NCBI GenBank assembly: GCA_031268385.1
Contig: JAIRXH010000036.1
Span: forward strand, 3,584 to 67,583
Length of the DNA: 64,000 bases
Direction: 5' to 3'
Source of the DNA: Treponema sp.
GTDB lineage: Bacteria; Spirochaetota; Spirochaetia; Treponematales; Breznakiellaceae
The stretch's first letter is position 1. The number at the start of each line of letters is the position of its first letter. A program made the position numbers and the translations under genes. The notes below the pieces were generated by a model, which worked only from the letters and a program-made list of their open reading frames with translations, was not told where the DNA came from and ran no database searches. Below are positions 26,136-35,283 of this stretch, piece by piece.

Positions 26136-27999
26136 CCACCTTTCCTCCGACGATGAAACGCCCGAACAGCGCATACGTGTTCTTGGCGTGTTTTTTGTTA
26201 TTGTCTTTGTCGTGTACGCGGCAAGGCTCTTTAACATGCAGATCCTCCAGGGCGATGTGTACCGGCAGGAGGCCCAGGACATAGCCCGGAGAACCACGGT
26301 GATTCCCCCGCAGCGCGGTGAAATTTTCGACCGGAATTTCAACAGTCCCCTCGCGCTCAATACCGATTCCTATGCGGTAAACATTACCCCTGCGGAAGTG
26401 CCCAGGGGGGAAATGTCCGCCCTGCTTGAAAGGGTTGGCGCCATCATCGGCATATCCCGCTCCGATCTGGAAAAAAAGCTGCCCGCGCAGTCAAATTCAT
26501 CCTACCAGCCGCTGGAACTCGCGGTAAACGTTCCCTATGCCGCCATCGCCGTGCTTGCCGAAAACGCCGACACCCTGCGGGGGATCTCCTGGCAGAGTAA
26601 GCCCCTTCGCACCTACGCGGACGCGGGAAGCCTTTCCCACATTCTCGGTTATGTCGGGGACATTACCAGGGATGAACTTACCATGCTGTACAACAGGGGC
26701 TATCAGGCGGGGGACGTGATAGGCAAGGCGGGAATAGAGAGACAGTACGATGAAATTCTGCGGGGAAAGGAAGGCAGGGAGGTTCGTACCGTGGATGTCC
26801 GGGGACGGCGTGTTTCCAGCGAGGAACAGAACCTGAGGACTCCCCCCGAAATGGGAAAGAACCTCGTGCTGACCATAGACCGGGACATACAGACGCTTGC
26901 CGAAAAGGCGCTGGGGGCGCGTATGGGATCGGTTGTGGTGATGCGCCCGTCGGGCGAGATCCTCGCCATGGTATCCTATCCCTGGTACGATCCCAACCTT
27001 TTCAACCGCGGCGGCATGTCCGCCGAATACCAGTCGCTGATAAGCGATCCCAACAAGCCTTTCCTCAACAGGGCCATACAGTCCAATTATCCCCCGGCCT
27101 CTACCTTCAAGATCGTCATGACTACGGGCATACTGGCGGAAAATGTCTTTTCCCCCGAACAGGCCGTCAACTGCCAGGGGGAATTTTCCTACGGGGAAAG
27201 GCTCTGGCGCTGTCATATACGAAGGCCCGGCCACGGCCGCCTTAACCTTCACCAGGCCATGGCCCAGTCCTGCGACATCTACTACTGGATAGTGGGGCGG
27301 GATTATCTGGGGGTGGATCGCATCATTTCCTACGCAAGGGAATACGGCCTTGGTGAAAATACCGGCATCGATCTTCCCGGTGAAATATCCGGCTTTATCC
27401 CCTCGCCCGAATGGAAAGACGCGCGTTTCCATGAACGGTGGCTGGGAGGAGACACCATGAACATGGCAATAGGCCAGGGGTACACCCTCGTTACCCCCAT
27501 ACAGATGGCGTGCATGGTGGGCATGGTGCTGAACAACGGAACAATGTACAAGCCCCACATTCTCAAGGAAGTGCGGGATCCCGTTTCAGGGGCGGTGGAA
27601 CGGAGCGTACAGCCCGAGGTGCTCCGCACGAGCGATGTGGACAGCGCCGTGTTTGAACAGGTAAAGCGGGACATGCGGGGAGTCATCGGCGAGGGAACCG
27701 CCCAGTTTCCCCTTAACATCAAAACGGTGCGGATAGCCGGAAAAACGGGAACCGGGGAAGTGGGTGTCCAGGACCGCTGGCATTCCTGGTTTACCGCCTA
27801 TGCTCCCTACGATACCGGCAATCCCGAAGATCAGGTCATTGTTTCGGTCATCGTGGAAGCGGCGAACAGATGGGAATGGTGGGCGCCCTACGCCTCGGCG
27901 ATTATTTTTCAGGGTATCTTCGCGGGGCAAAGTTACGAGGAGGCGGTACAGACCCTCGGTTTCCAGTACCTTATGACGGTACAGGGGAGAAGGGAATGA
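26122..27999 (+). CDS. mrdA: penicillin-binding protein 2 (elongasome transpeptidase)
   Basis: N-terminal TM segment, then QRGEIFDRN, the SxxK motif as ASTFK, and KTGTGE. Confidence 0.9.
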   Translation: MPPLNHLSSDDETPEQRIRVLGVFFVIVFVVYAARLFNMQILQGDVYRQEAQDIARRTTVIPPQRGEIFDRNFNSPLALNTDSYAVNITPAEVPRGEMSALLERVGAIIGISRSDLEKKLPAQSNSSYQPLELAVNVPYAAIAVLAENADTLRGISWQSKPLRTYADAGSLSHILGYVGDITRDELTMLYNRGYQAGDVIGKAGIERQYDEILRGKEGREVRTVDVRGRRVSSEEQNLRTPPEMGKNLVLTIDRDIQTLAEKALGARMGSVVVMRPSGEILAMVSYPWYDPNLFNRGGMSAEYQSLISDPNKPFLNRAIQSNYPPASTFKIVMTTGILAENVFSPEQAVNCQGEFSYGERLWRCHIRRPGHGRLNLHQAMAQSCDIYYWIVGRDYLGVDRIISYAREYGLGENTGIDLPGEISGFIPSPEWKDARFHERWLGGDTMNMAIGQGYTLVTPIQMACMVGMVLNNGTMYKPHILKEVRDPVSGAVERSVQPEVLRTSDVDSAVFEQVKRDMRGVIGEGTAQFPLNIKTVRIAGKTGTGEVGVQDRWHSWFTAYAPYDTGNPEDQVIVSVIVEAANRWEWWAPYASAIIFQGIFAGQSYEEAVQTLGFQYLMTVQGRRE

Positions 28000-29306
28000 G
28001 GGCGCGGGATCTTCTGGACATTGATTTTCCGCTTGTCTTCGCGGCGGTTATTCTTTCCATATTCGGCATACTGTTCATCTATTCGTCGGGCATTACTTCC
28101 ACGGGCCTTCTTGTGTCAAACGAGTACAAAAGGCAGATCATCTGGGCTTCAGGAGGGCTTGTCATTGCCCTTGCCGCGGCGTTGATAGACTACAAACGCC
28201 TCGTGAATATTTCCTTTTATTTGTATCTGGGAATCATCGCCCTTCTTGTCTATACCTGCGTTTTCGGGCGTCTTGTAAAAGGCGCGCGGGCCTGGATAGG
28301 GCTTGGGGGTTTCGGCGTGCAGCCGTCCGAATTTGCCAAGATCGCCGTTATCCTTTTTCTTTCAAAATACCTGGGCGACACCAGGCGTTCGGCCGGGGTC
28401 TTTTCCCGTTTTGTCGTCTCCTGCCTTATCGTGTTTATTCCCATGGGCGTCATCATTCTGCAGCCTGATTTCGGGACTTCCCTTGTGTTTATTCCCATAC
28501 TCTTTGTCATGACCTTTGTCGCCGGAATCTCCGCCAAGTATATCTTTTTTCTGGGCGCCTGCATAGCCCTTACGGGTTTTTTGATAATTCTTCCCCTCTG
28601 GCAGAGTTATATCCTGGGGAATTCCCTGCCGGCCCTGACGGTGATCGCCGACAGCCGTTTCATACTGGCCGCGGCGCTGGGCATAGGCGCCGCGGGGGCG
28701 GTCGCCTTCTTTGGTTTTGTCCGCTACAAAAAGCGCTACTTTTTCTGGATGGTGTATACGGCGGGAATTCTCGTCTTTTCCCTTGCCGCTTCCGCCGCCG
28801 CCCGGAAGGTGCTCAAGGAATATATGCTCATGCGGCTTATCGTTTTCCTTGATCCCGGCGTGGATCCCCGCGGGGCCGGCTGGCACATCATACAGTCCAT
28901 GACCGCCATCGGTTCTGGCGGACTTGCGGGAAAGGGCTACCTTCAGGGGACCCAGAGTCATTACCGCTTCCTTCCCGAGCAGAGTACGGATTTTATCTTC
29001 TCCATCTTTACCGAGGAATGGGGCTTTTTCGGAGGACTTCTGGTTTTCGCCCTCTTTCTTATCATCTCCCTGAGGCTCATCCGTACCATGAAGATTACCC
29101 TTGACCATTCGGGCCGTTATATCTGCGCCGGACTTTCGGCCATGTACATCTTTCATTTTCTCGTCAATGTGGGAATGACTATGGGGATCATGCCCATTAC
29201 GGGAATTCCCCTTCATTTCATGTCCTATGGGGGATCCTCTGTCCTTTCCGCCATGATGGGAATAGGCCTTGCCCAGAGTGTTCATGTCCGAAGGTACAGC
29301 CGCTAG
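27996..29306 (+). CDS. rodA: peptidoglycan glycosyltransferase RodA (SEDS family)
   Basis: ATG at 27996 overlaps the mrdA TGA (ATGA). The product begins MRARDLLDIDFPLVFAAVILSIFGILFIYSS. SEDS motifs are VQPSEFAKIAVILFL, PDFGTSLVF and PEQSTDFIFS. Confidence 0.9.
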   Translation: MRARDLLDIDFPLVFAAVILSIFGILFIYSSGITSTGLLVSNEYKRQIIWASGGLVIALAAALIDYKRLVNISFYLYLGIIALLVYTCVFGRLVKGARAWIGLGGFGVQPSEFAKIAVILFLSKYLGDTRRSAGVFSRFVVSCLIVFIPMGVIILQPDFGTSLVFIPILFVMTFVAGISAKYIFFLGACIALTGFLIILPLWQSYILGNSLPALTVIADSRFILAAALGIGAAGAVAFFGFVRYKKRYFFWMVYTAGILVFSLAASAAARKVLKEYMLMRLIVFLDPGVDPRGAGWHIIQSMTAIGSGGLAGKGYLQGTQSHYRFLPEQSTDFIFSIFTEEWGFFGGLLVFALFLIISLRLIRTMKITLDHSGRYICAGLSAMYIFHFLVNVGMTMGIMPITGIPLHFMSYGGSSVLSAMMGIGLAQSVHVRRYSR

Positions 29307-31745
29307 GTGATCCGGTATGTAGATCCTCTTGCCGACATCGGAGAGGCGCTGCTTTCCGTGGAAAAACCGGCCCGCTATTCGGGCGGGGAGTACGGAAGGC
29401 TCGCGAAAAAAGACGCCGTACTCCGCATGCTCATCGCCTTTCCGGATCTTTATGAAATAGGCATGTCCAACCAGGCGTTCCGCATCCTCTACAACCGCCT
29501 CAACGGTATGCCGGGCATTTCCTGTGACAGGGCCTTTGCCCCCGCCGCCGATTTTGAACGGCTGCTCAGGGAAAAAGGACTGCCCCTTTACGGCCTTGAC
29601 ACCGGAATAAGCGCCGGCCATACCCACGTTCTCATGTTTACCCTGGGCTATGAGTTGGGGATTACCGAAGTTCTTGCCATGCTGGATGTTTCCTCCATTC
29701 CCGTTCACGCCGAAAAAAGGGGAGAGGAAGATCCCCTGGTGATCATGGGAGGCTGCTGTGTTTCAAACCCGCTTCCCTACGCGGCTTTTGCCGACGCGTT
29801 CTGGATAGGCGAGGCGGAGGCGGGTTTTTTTGAACTGGCCTCGGAACTGCTTGAATTGAAAAAAAGGGGAGGGGGAAGGGGAGCCCTTCTTGAAAAAATC
29901 GCCTGTCATCCTTCGGTCTGGGTAAAGGGAAAGAAAAAGGCCGTCCGCGCCGTTGACACGGCCTTTGCCTCCCGGCCGCCCCTTCCCGCCGTCTTTCCCG
30001 TGCCCGGCATGAGGGTGGTGCAGCAGCACGGCGCGGTGGAAATCATGCGGGGATGTCCGAACGGATGCCGCTTCTGTCACGCGGGGTTCTGGTACCGGCC
30101 CATGCGGCAGAAGCCGCTTGATGTTGTAGTAAAAGAGGCGGAGGCTTTTATAGAGCAGGGCGGATACCGCGAGATCAGTCTTTATTCCCTTTCAAGCGGG
30201 GATTACCGGCATATAGACGCGCTGGCCGCCTGCCTTGACCGGCGCTTTTCCGGCCGTCATATTTCCTTTCAGCTTCCCTCGCTCAAAATTTCGGGGTTTT
30301 CCCTTTCCCTTCTGGAAAAAATTTCCAGGGTGCGAAAAGGCGGCCTTACCTTTGCCGTTGAAACCCCCCTGGACGAATGGCAGCTTTCGATCAACAAACG
30401 GGTTCCGCTTGACGATGTAAGCGCCATTCTTTTGGAGGCGAAAAAACACGGCTGGCGCGGGGCGAAATTTTACTTTATGGTGGGTCTTCCCCCGGCCGGG
30501 GCCGGCGAGGCGTCCCTGATAGTTGACTTTATCGCCGGAATAGGCCGCCGCACCGGAACTCACTGTACCGTTTCTCTGGGGATCTTCATCCCCAAGCCCC
30601 ACACCCCCTATCAATGGGCAGTCCAGATTGATCCCGAAGAAGCCCGCCGCCGCTGCGAGTACATACGGGCGCGCCTTTTGCCTCTGGGGCACAAGGTGAA
30701 CATGCCCGATCCCCTGACTTCCGTCATCGAGGGGATTATCAGCCGGGGAGACGCCGGCGCGGGGGTACTGATTGAAGAGGCGTTTCGCGCGGGCTGCCGT
30801 TTTGACGCCTGGAGTGAACATCTGCGGAAGGACATCTGGACGGACATAATCGGCCGCCATGAGGAGGGCGTGCGCGCCTGGCTCGTTCCGCCGGAGGAAG
30901 GCGAAGGCGACAGCGGACCGGAACAGGGACTGACGGAAAGGGCCTGGAGCTGTATCGACCCGCTCGTTCCCCCGGGCTATTTGAGGGCAGAGTATTCAAG
31001 ATCCGGAAGCGGAGAATTAACCTCGCCATGTATGAATAATTGCTCACATCCCTGCGGGATATGCGACAAAGAACAGGGGATTGTCGAAAATATCATACAA
31101 GTCGATACTTTTTCTCATGACGAAACGCCGGCGCCGGAATTGCCGACTGTACCGGCGCGGGCCGCCGGGCCGGACGGGAAGGGCGGTTCCGGCACATCAA
31201 GGATAGTTTTTGTATATGAAAAAACCGGAACCGCCGTTTTTCATTCGCACCTTGACATGGTAGAGATCTTTTCAATGGCCCTTATCAGGGCCCGCGTTCC
31301 CGTTGTATTTACGGGAGGATTCAATCCCATTCAGAAAATAGAATTTGTCGCGCCGCTTTCGGTCGGCATAGCGGCCCTTAACGAAACCGCCTCGATTGAT
31401 ACGGAATGTTTTTGCCGGGCCGGGGATTTTGCCGCGGATATGAACGCCGTTCTGCCCGCCGGCATACGGATAGGCGCGGCGCGGAACTACCTTATACGGA
31501 ACGGTGAAAAAAAACATTCCCTTTCCTCTCTCCACTGGGGCGGCGCCTACCGGAAGAAAGGACGCGCCCGGGAGGATGAGGTAAAAATCGCCGATGAAAA
31601 GGCGTACCGTACAAACGCCGTACAGGAAGGTCTTACCAATCTTGACATTGTCCGTACGGCGGTATTTGCCCGCGATATTCACGGCGAAAAGGCCCCGTAT
31701 TTCGACGTGTACGGCGCGCTGTACGGGGAGGCGCCCGTACAGTAA
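29307..31745 (+). CDS. radical SAM protein fused to a DUF2344-type domain (TIGR03960 + TIGR03936-like)
   Basis: GTG lies immediately after the rodA TAG. The CxxxCxxC motif reads CPNGCRFCHAGFWYRP. The C-terminal segment RIVFVYEKTGTAVFHSHLDMVEIFSMALIRARVPVVFTGGFNPIQKIEF looks DUF2344-like. Confidence 0.9.
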   Translation: MIRYVDPLADIGEALLSVEKPARYSGGEYGRLAKKDAVLRMLIAFPDLYEIGMSNQAFRILYNRLNGMPGISCDRAFAPAADFERLLREKGLPLYGLDTGISAGHTHVLMFTLGYELGITEVLAMLDVSSIPVHAEKRGEEDPLVIMGGCCVSNPLPYAAFADAFWIGEAEAGFFELASELLELKKRGGGRGALLEKIACHPSVWVKGKKKAVRAVDTAFASRPPLPAVFPVPGMRVVQQHGAVEIMRGCPNGCRFCHAGFWYRPMRQKPLDVVVKEAEAFIEQGGYREISLYSLSSGDYRHIDALAACLDRRFSGRHISFQLPSLKISGFSLSLLEKISRVRKGGLTFAVETPLDEWQLSINKRVPLDDVSAILLEAKKHGWRGAKFYFMVGLPPAGAGEASLIVDFIAGIGRRTGTHCTVSLGIFIPKPHTPYQWAVQIDPEEARRRCEYIRARLLPLGHKVNMPDPLTSVIEGIISRGDAGAGVLIEEAFRAGCRFDAWSEHLRKDIWTDIIGRHEEGVRAWLVPPEEGEGDSGPEQGLTERAWSCIDPLVPPGYLRAEYSRSGSGELTSPCMNNCSHPCGICDKEQGIVENIIQVDTFSHDETPAPELPTVPARAAGPDGKGGSGTSRIVFVYEKTGTAVFHSHLDMVEIFSMALIRARVPVVFTGGFNPIQKIEFVAPLSVGIAALNETASIDTECFCRAGDFAADMNAVLPAGIRIGAARNYLIRNGEKKHSLSSLHWGGAYRKKGRAREDEVKIADEKAYRTNAVQEGLTNLDIVRTAVFARDIHGEKAPYFDVYGALYGEAPVQ

Positions 31746-31825
31746 TTCCGTGCCGGGATGTTTACCGCCGGTGCGGACACCGGGCGGCCAGTTGTAATTC
31801 ATTTGTTTTGGTGGTAGGAATGGGT

Positions 31826-32908
31826 ATGGACAAAACGCTGAAATACGGCGTCATAGGCTGCGGCGGCATCGCCAACGCCAAACATCTGCCGTCGTTGAAG
31901 AAGATTCCCGGCGTTGAAACGGTCGCTTTCTGCGACATCGTCCGGGAACGGGCCGAAAAGGCGAACAGGGAATACGGGGGCGGAAGGGGAAAAGTCTTCG
32001 GCTCCTGGCGGGAACTTCTTGAGGAAGACCTTGACGCGGTCTGCGTGCTTACGCCGAACAATACCCACGCCGAAATCTCCATCGCCGCGCTCAGGGCGGG
32101 AAAGCACGTGATGTGCGAAAAACCGATGGCAAAAACATACAGGGAAGCGCTGGACATGCTTTCCGCCCGCGACGCGGCCGGAAAACTCCTTACCATAGGG
32201 TACCAGAACCGTTTCAGGCCCGACAGCCTCTTTCTCAAAGCCGAATGCAAAAAGGGAACTCTGGGTGAAATCTACTTCGCCAGGGCCGTCGCCCTGAGGC
32301 ACAGGGCCGTTCCCACCTGGGGCGTATTCCTCGACGGGGAGAAACAGGGCGGCGGCCCCCTTATCGACATCGGGACCCATTCGCTGGATCTTGCCCTGTT
32401 TATGATGAATAACTACGAACCGCTTTACGCGGCCGGAACCGTTTACCATAAACTCAACAAAGACAGGAATACCGGCAATGTATGGGGCGACTGGGACACG
32501 AAAAAATTCACCGTCGAGGATTCCGCCTTCGGTTTCATCGTCATGAAAAACGGCGCCACGATCATGCTGCAGTCAAGCTGGGCCCTCAATACCGCCGAGG
32601 TAAGGGAAGGGGTTGTCTCCATTTGCGGCGTCAAAGGCGGCGCGGACATGCCCCGGCAGGGAGAACTTGTCATCAACGGCGTAAAGAATAACCGCCAGTA
32701 CACGCTGATCCCCTCGCTCAAGGCCGGAGGTGTCGATTTTTACGGCGGCAGCAATGAATCGGAAAGCGATCTTGAGGCGCGGTGTTTTGCGAAGGCCATA
32801 CGGGGCAGGGGTGAACTCTGCGTGCGGCCCGAGGAAGCGGCGGCAGTAACCATGATCCTGGAGGGCATCTACCGTTCCGCCGGAACGGGAAAACCCTATT
32901 TTTTTTAG
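31826..32908 (+). CDS. Gfo/Idh/MocA-family oxidoreductase
   Basis: ATG at 31826 lies 6 nt after AGGA. The Rossmann fold reads MDKTLKYGVIGCGGIANAKH, with a later EKPMA motif. Confidence 0.85.
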   Translation: MDKTLKYGVIGCGGIANAKHLPSLKKIPGVETVAFCDIVRERAEKANREYGGGRGKVFGSWRELLEEDLDAVCVLTPNNTHAEISIAALRAGKHVMCEKPMAKTYREALDMLSARDAAGKLLTIGYQNRFRPDSLFLKAECKKGTLGEIYFARAVALRHRAVPTWGVFLDGEKQGGGPLIDIGTHSLDLALFMMNNYEPLYAAGTVYHKLNKDRNTGNVWGDWDTKKFTVEDSAFGFIVMKNGATIMLQSSWALNTAEVREGVVSICGVKGGADMPRQGELVINGVKNNRQYTLIPSLKAGGVDFYGGSNESESDLEARCFAKAIRGRGELCVRPEEAAAVTMILEGIYRSAGTGKPYFF

Positions 32909-32959
32909 CATAGAGGCCTTCGAAACTCCGGTTTTGAAACAGGCTTGGGGGAGGACACT

Positions 32960-33700
32960 ATGAGAGACGGTACAATCAGGGTAAGGGTCTGGAACGAATA
33001 TCTTGACGAGCAGAAACGGCCCGAAGTCGCTTCCGTGTATCCACAGGGGCTTCACAGAACCATCGCGGATTTTCTTGACAGGGAAGAGGGGATCACCGCG
33101 GAGGTATCGCTCATCACCGATCCCGAACAGGGCCTTTCGGAAAAACAGCTTGAGGCCACGGATGTCCTTGTGTGGTGGGGCCACGTACATCACGGGGAAG
33201 TGGAAGACAGGTTCGCCTGGCGGGTCGTCGAAAGGGTCCAGCGGGGCATGGGGATTATCTTTCTCCATTCGGCCCACAAATCAAAACCTTTCATGTCCCT
33301 TCTGGGCGCTTCGGGCCGCCTTTCCTGGCGTGAAGCGGACGAACGCTGCCGGGTCTGGACCGCTTCTCCCTCGCATCCCGTCGCCGCCGGAATCCCCGAA
33401 AATTTTGTCCTTGAACGGGAAGAAATGTACGGTGAACCCTTCGGAATTCCCCGGCCGGAAGACACGGTTTTCATAAGCTGGTTTGAGGGAGGCAATGTCT
33501 TCCGGAGCGGCGTAACCTTCAGGCGCGAATACGGCAAAATCTTTTATTTTCAGCCGGGACATGAAACCTACCCGGTCTACCACGATGAAAATGTCAGGCG
33601 CGTAATCATAAACGCGGTCAGATGGGCAAATCCCGCCATAATCGCCGGCAAATTCGACTGTCCGAATGTAGAGGCGCTGGAGAAAATAGGGGCTGATTAA
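32960..33700 (+). CDS. ThuA-domain (trehalose-utilisation-like) protein
   Basis: ATG at 32960 follows GGGGGAGGA. ThuA-like segments are RVRVWNEYLDE, DVLVWWGHVHHGEV and IFLHSAHKSKPF. Confidence 0.85.
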   Translation: MRDGTIRVRVWNEYLDEQKRPEVASVYPQGLHRTIADFLDREEGITAEVSLITDPEQGLSEKQLEATDVLVWWGHVHHGEVEDRFAWRVVERVQRGMGIIFLHSAHKSKPFMSLLGASGRLSWREADERCRVWTASPSHPVAAGIPENFVLEREEMYGEPFGIPRPEDTVFISWFEGGNVFRSGVTFRREYGKIFYFQPGHETYPVYHDENVRRVIINAVRWANPAIIAGKFDCPNVEALEKIGAD

Positions 33701-33868
33701 GTCAGTCGCAAGTCAATCGGCAACTCACGTGTAATCTGGTTTTTTTCGTCATAATTTTCTTCCGGCATTATAGTAGACAGAATATACATTATGAATAGTA
33801 ATATACACGCACAAAATTCCATCCCCTTTCAAAGGGAACCGCTTTTCAGGGATGTTTAAACTGCCGGT

Positions 33869-34606
33869 TTATCTGCTTTTCAGACGGAACAATCCAAGCC
33901 AAGTGGGATTGCTGTATATCATGTTTAAATTCTGCTGGTCCTGTCCCGCCGCCACAATGTACAAGGAAACATAACGGTGCGGATTGACGCCGCCTGAAAC
34001 GTCGGGGTTTATATTGATGTTGGCCTGCGCGATCAGGTTAACGTCGTCGTTGAAAAAACGGTCCGGCTGATGGGTAAACGTATTTGAGCGAAGTATTATG
34101 TCGGAATAACTTGCCAGCGTCGGGGAAATTATTGTCAGACTTGGTATACCGGGATCGGGAAAATCAATGACAAGCCGGGAACCGCCGTTTAAAACCAGAT
34201 CTATATCCGCGTTTTGAAGTTCAAGGGTATAATACCGGTAGTTCCTGAATATGGAATCAATCGAAATTCCGGAAATGGAATCGCTTGATGTATAGGGCCT
34301 GATGCTGTTGTAATGGCTCTGCAGTTCACCGCTGATGAAAGAAAAATTGTAGCCTTCGGTAATTGTCGACAGTTCCAGATAGGAGCTTGTGTAGATGTGA
34401 TAGTATATTGAAAAATTGGTAAAATACCCTACGGAAGAATAATTTGGAAGGTACACTTCCACCGTATTGGCCAGACTGCGAAAAACATTTCCGACGGGTA
34501 TCGTTTCAAGGTAATAATAATCTTCAATGCCGCAGGCCGATATTGCGAAGGCAATCAGCGCGGCGGCAAAGGGACGGACGGCGCCCGGACGGCTTTTTGG
34601 TTTCAT
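33869..34606 (-). CDS. Tyr/Ser/Asn-rich lipoprotein, hypothetical
   Basis: The sequence begins MKPKSRPGAVRPFAAALIAFAISAC, a lipobox-like signal ending in Cys. The ATG overlaps the upstream TAA (TAATG). The gene is visibly more AT-rich than its surroundings. Confidence 0.7.
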   Translation of the reverse strand: MKPKSRPGAVRPFAAALIAFAISACGIEDYYYLETIPVGNVFRSLANTVEVYLPNYSSVGYFTNFSIYYHIYTSSYLELSTITEGYNFSFISGELQSHYNSIRPYTSSDSISGISIDSIFRNYRYYTLELQNADIDLVLNGGSRLVIDFPDPGIPSLTIISPTLASYSDIILRSNTFTHQPDRFFNDDVNLIAQANININPDVSGGVNPHRYVSLYIVAAGQDQQNLNMIYSNPTWLGLFRLKSR

Positions 34607-35277
34607 TATTTGTTTAATTGTAATACAATGATCCTGGTTCTTGCCATGTTTATCCAGGTTGTCTCAAAGGGAAATTTGCTGACAAGGGTGCGGTACGCTT
34701 CAAGGGCGGCTTCGGTGTTGTTTTTCTTCTCCTCCAGCCGGCCGACGGAAAACTGGGCCCTGGCGGCCGAGGGAAAGGAAAACGACGCGCTTTTGGCGTA
34801 ATGGGTTATGGCGGCGTCAATATTTCCCTGCTCTTCCGCGGCCCTGCCGGCATGAAAAAATACAATGGGTTCAAAATAGGTTTTTGAGGCGCTTTCGGCC
34901 GCCTTGATCCACGCCTGTTCCGCTTCCACCCATTCCTTTTTATCCGCGTACACGGAGGCTGTAAGGGCCCAGGCCCTGCCGCCCGCAAGCCCCCTGTTTT
35001 TCCGCGCGAAGGCGCCGAGATCTTCAAGGAGGACGTTGACTTCTTCCTCTTTTGACCCGTCGCTTATGTTAAAGCGCAGCGCCTCGTATCTTCCGTCAAG
35101 CTCCTCGACGGCGGCCAGGGCGTTTTTGCGCAGAACGCCCGTAATGCCCAGCGCCGCGACGACACACACGGCGGCAAGCACGATGACGCCGAAACACAGA
35201 ACAAGCGGCTTCCGCCTGTTTTGGATAAAAACGGCGATTCTCTCGCTCAGTCCGTATTTTTCAGCCGTGGTTGACAT
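34606..35277 (-). CDS. membrane-anchored TPR-like protein (YfgM-like architecture)
   Basis: One TM segment (PLVLCFGVIVLAAVCVVAALGITGV) is followed by helical repeats (WVEAEQAWIKAAESASK, NIDAAITHYAKSA). The start lies 6 nt after the stop of the EBP gene. Confidence 0.7.
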   Translation of the reverse strand: MSTTAEKYGLSERIAVFIQNRRKPLVLCFGVIVLAAVCVVAALGITGVLRKNALAAVEELDGRYEALRFNISDGSKEEEVNVLLEDLGAFARKNRGLAGGRAWALTASVYADKKEWVEAEQAWIKAAESASKTYFEPIVFFHAGRAAEEQGNIDAAITHYAKSASFSFPSAARAQFSVGRLEEKKNNTEAALEAYRTLVSKFPFETTWINMARTRIIVLQLNK

Positions 35278-35283
35278 TGTCTT

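Noticed and set aside
33823-33840. A CCCTT-tca-AAGGG mini-palindrome, considered as a bidirectional terminator between thuA and the lipoprotein gene.
   Set aside because: The stem is only 5 bp with a 3-nt loop, and the U-tracts are not adjacent. It is too weak to call.
33791-33859. A 22-codon ORF (MNSNIHAQNSIPFQREPLFRDV) in the AT-rich convergent spacer.
   Set aside because: There is no RBS, it is tiny, and the region is AT-rich, where short ORFs arise by chance. Nothing supports it.
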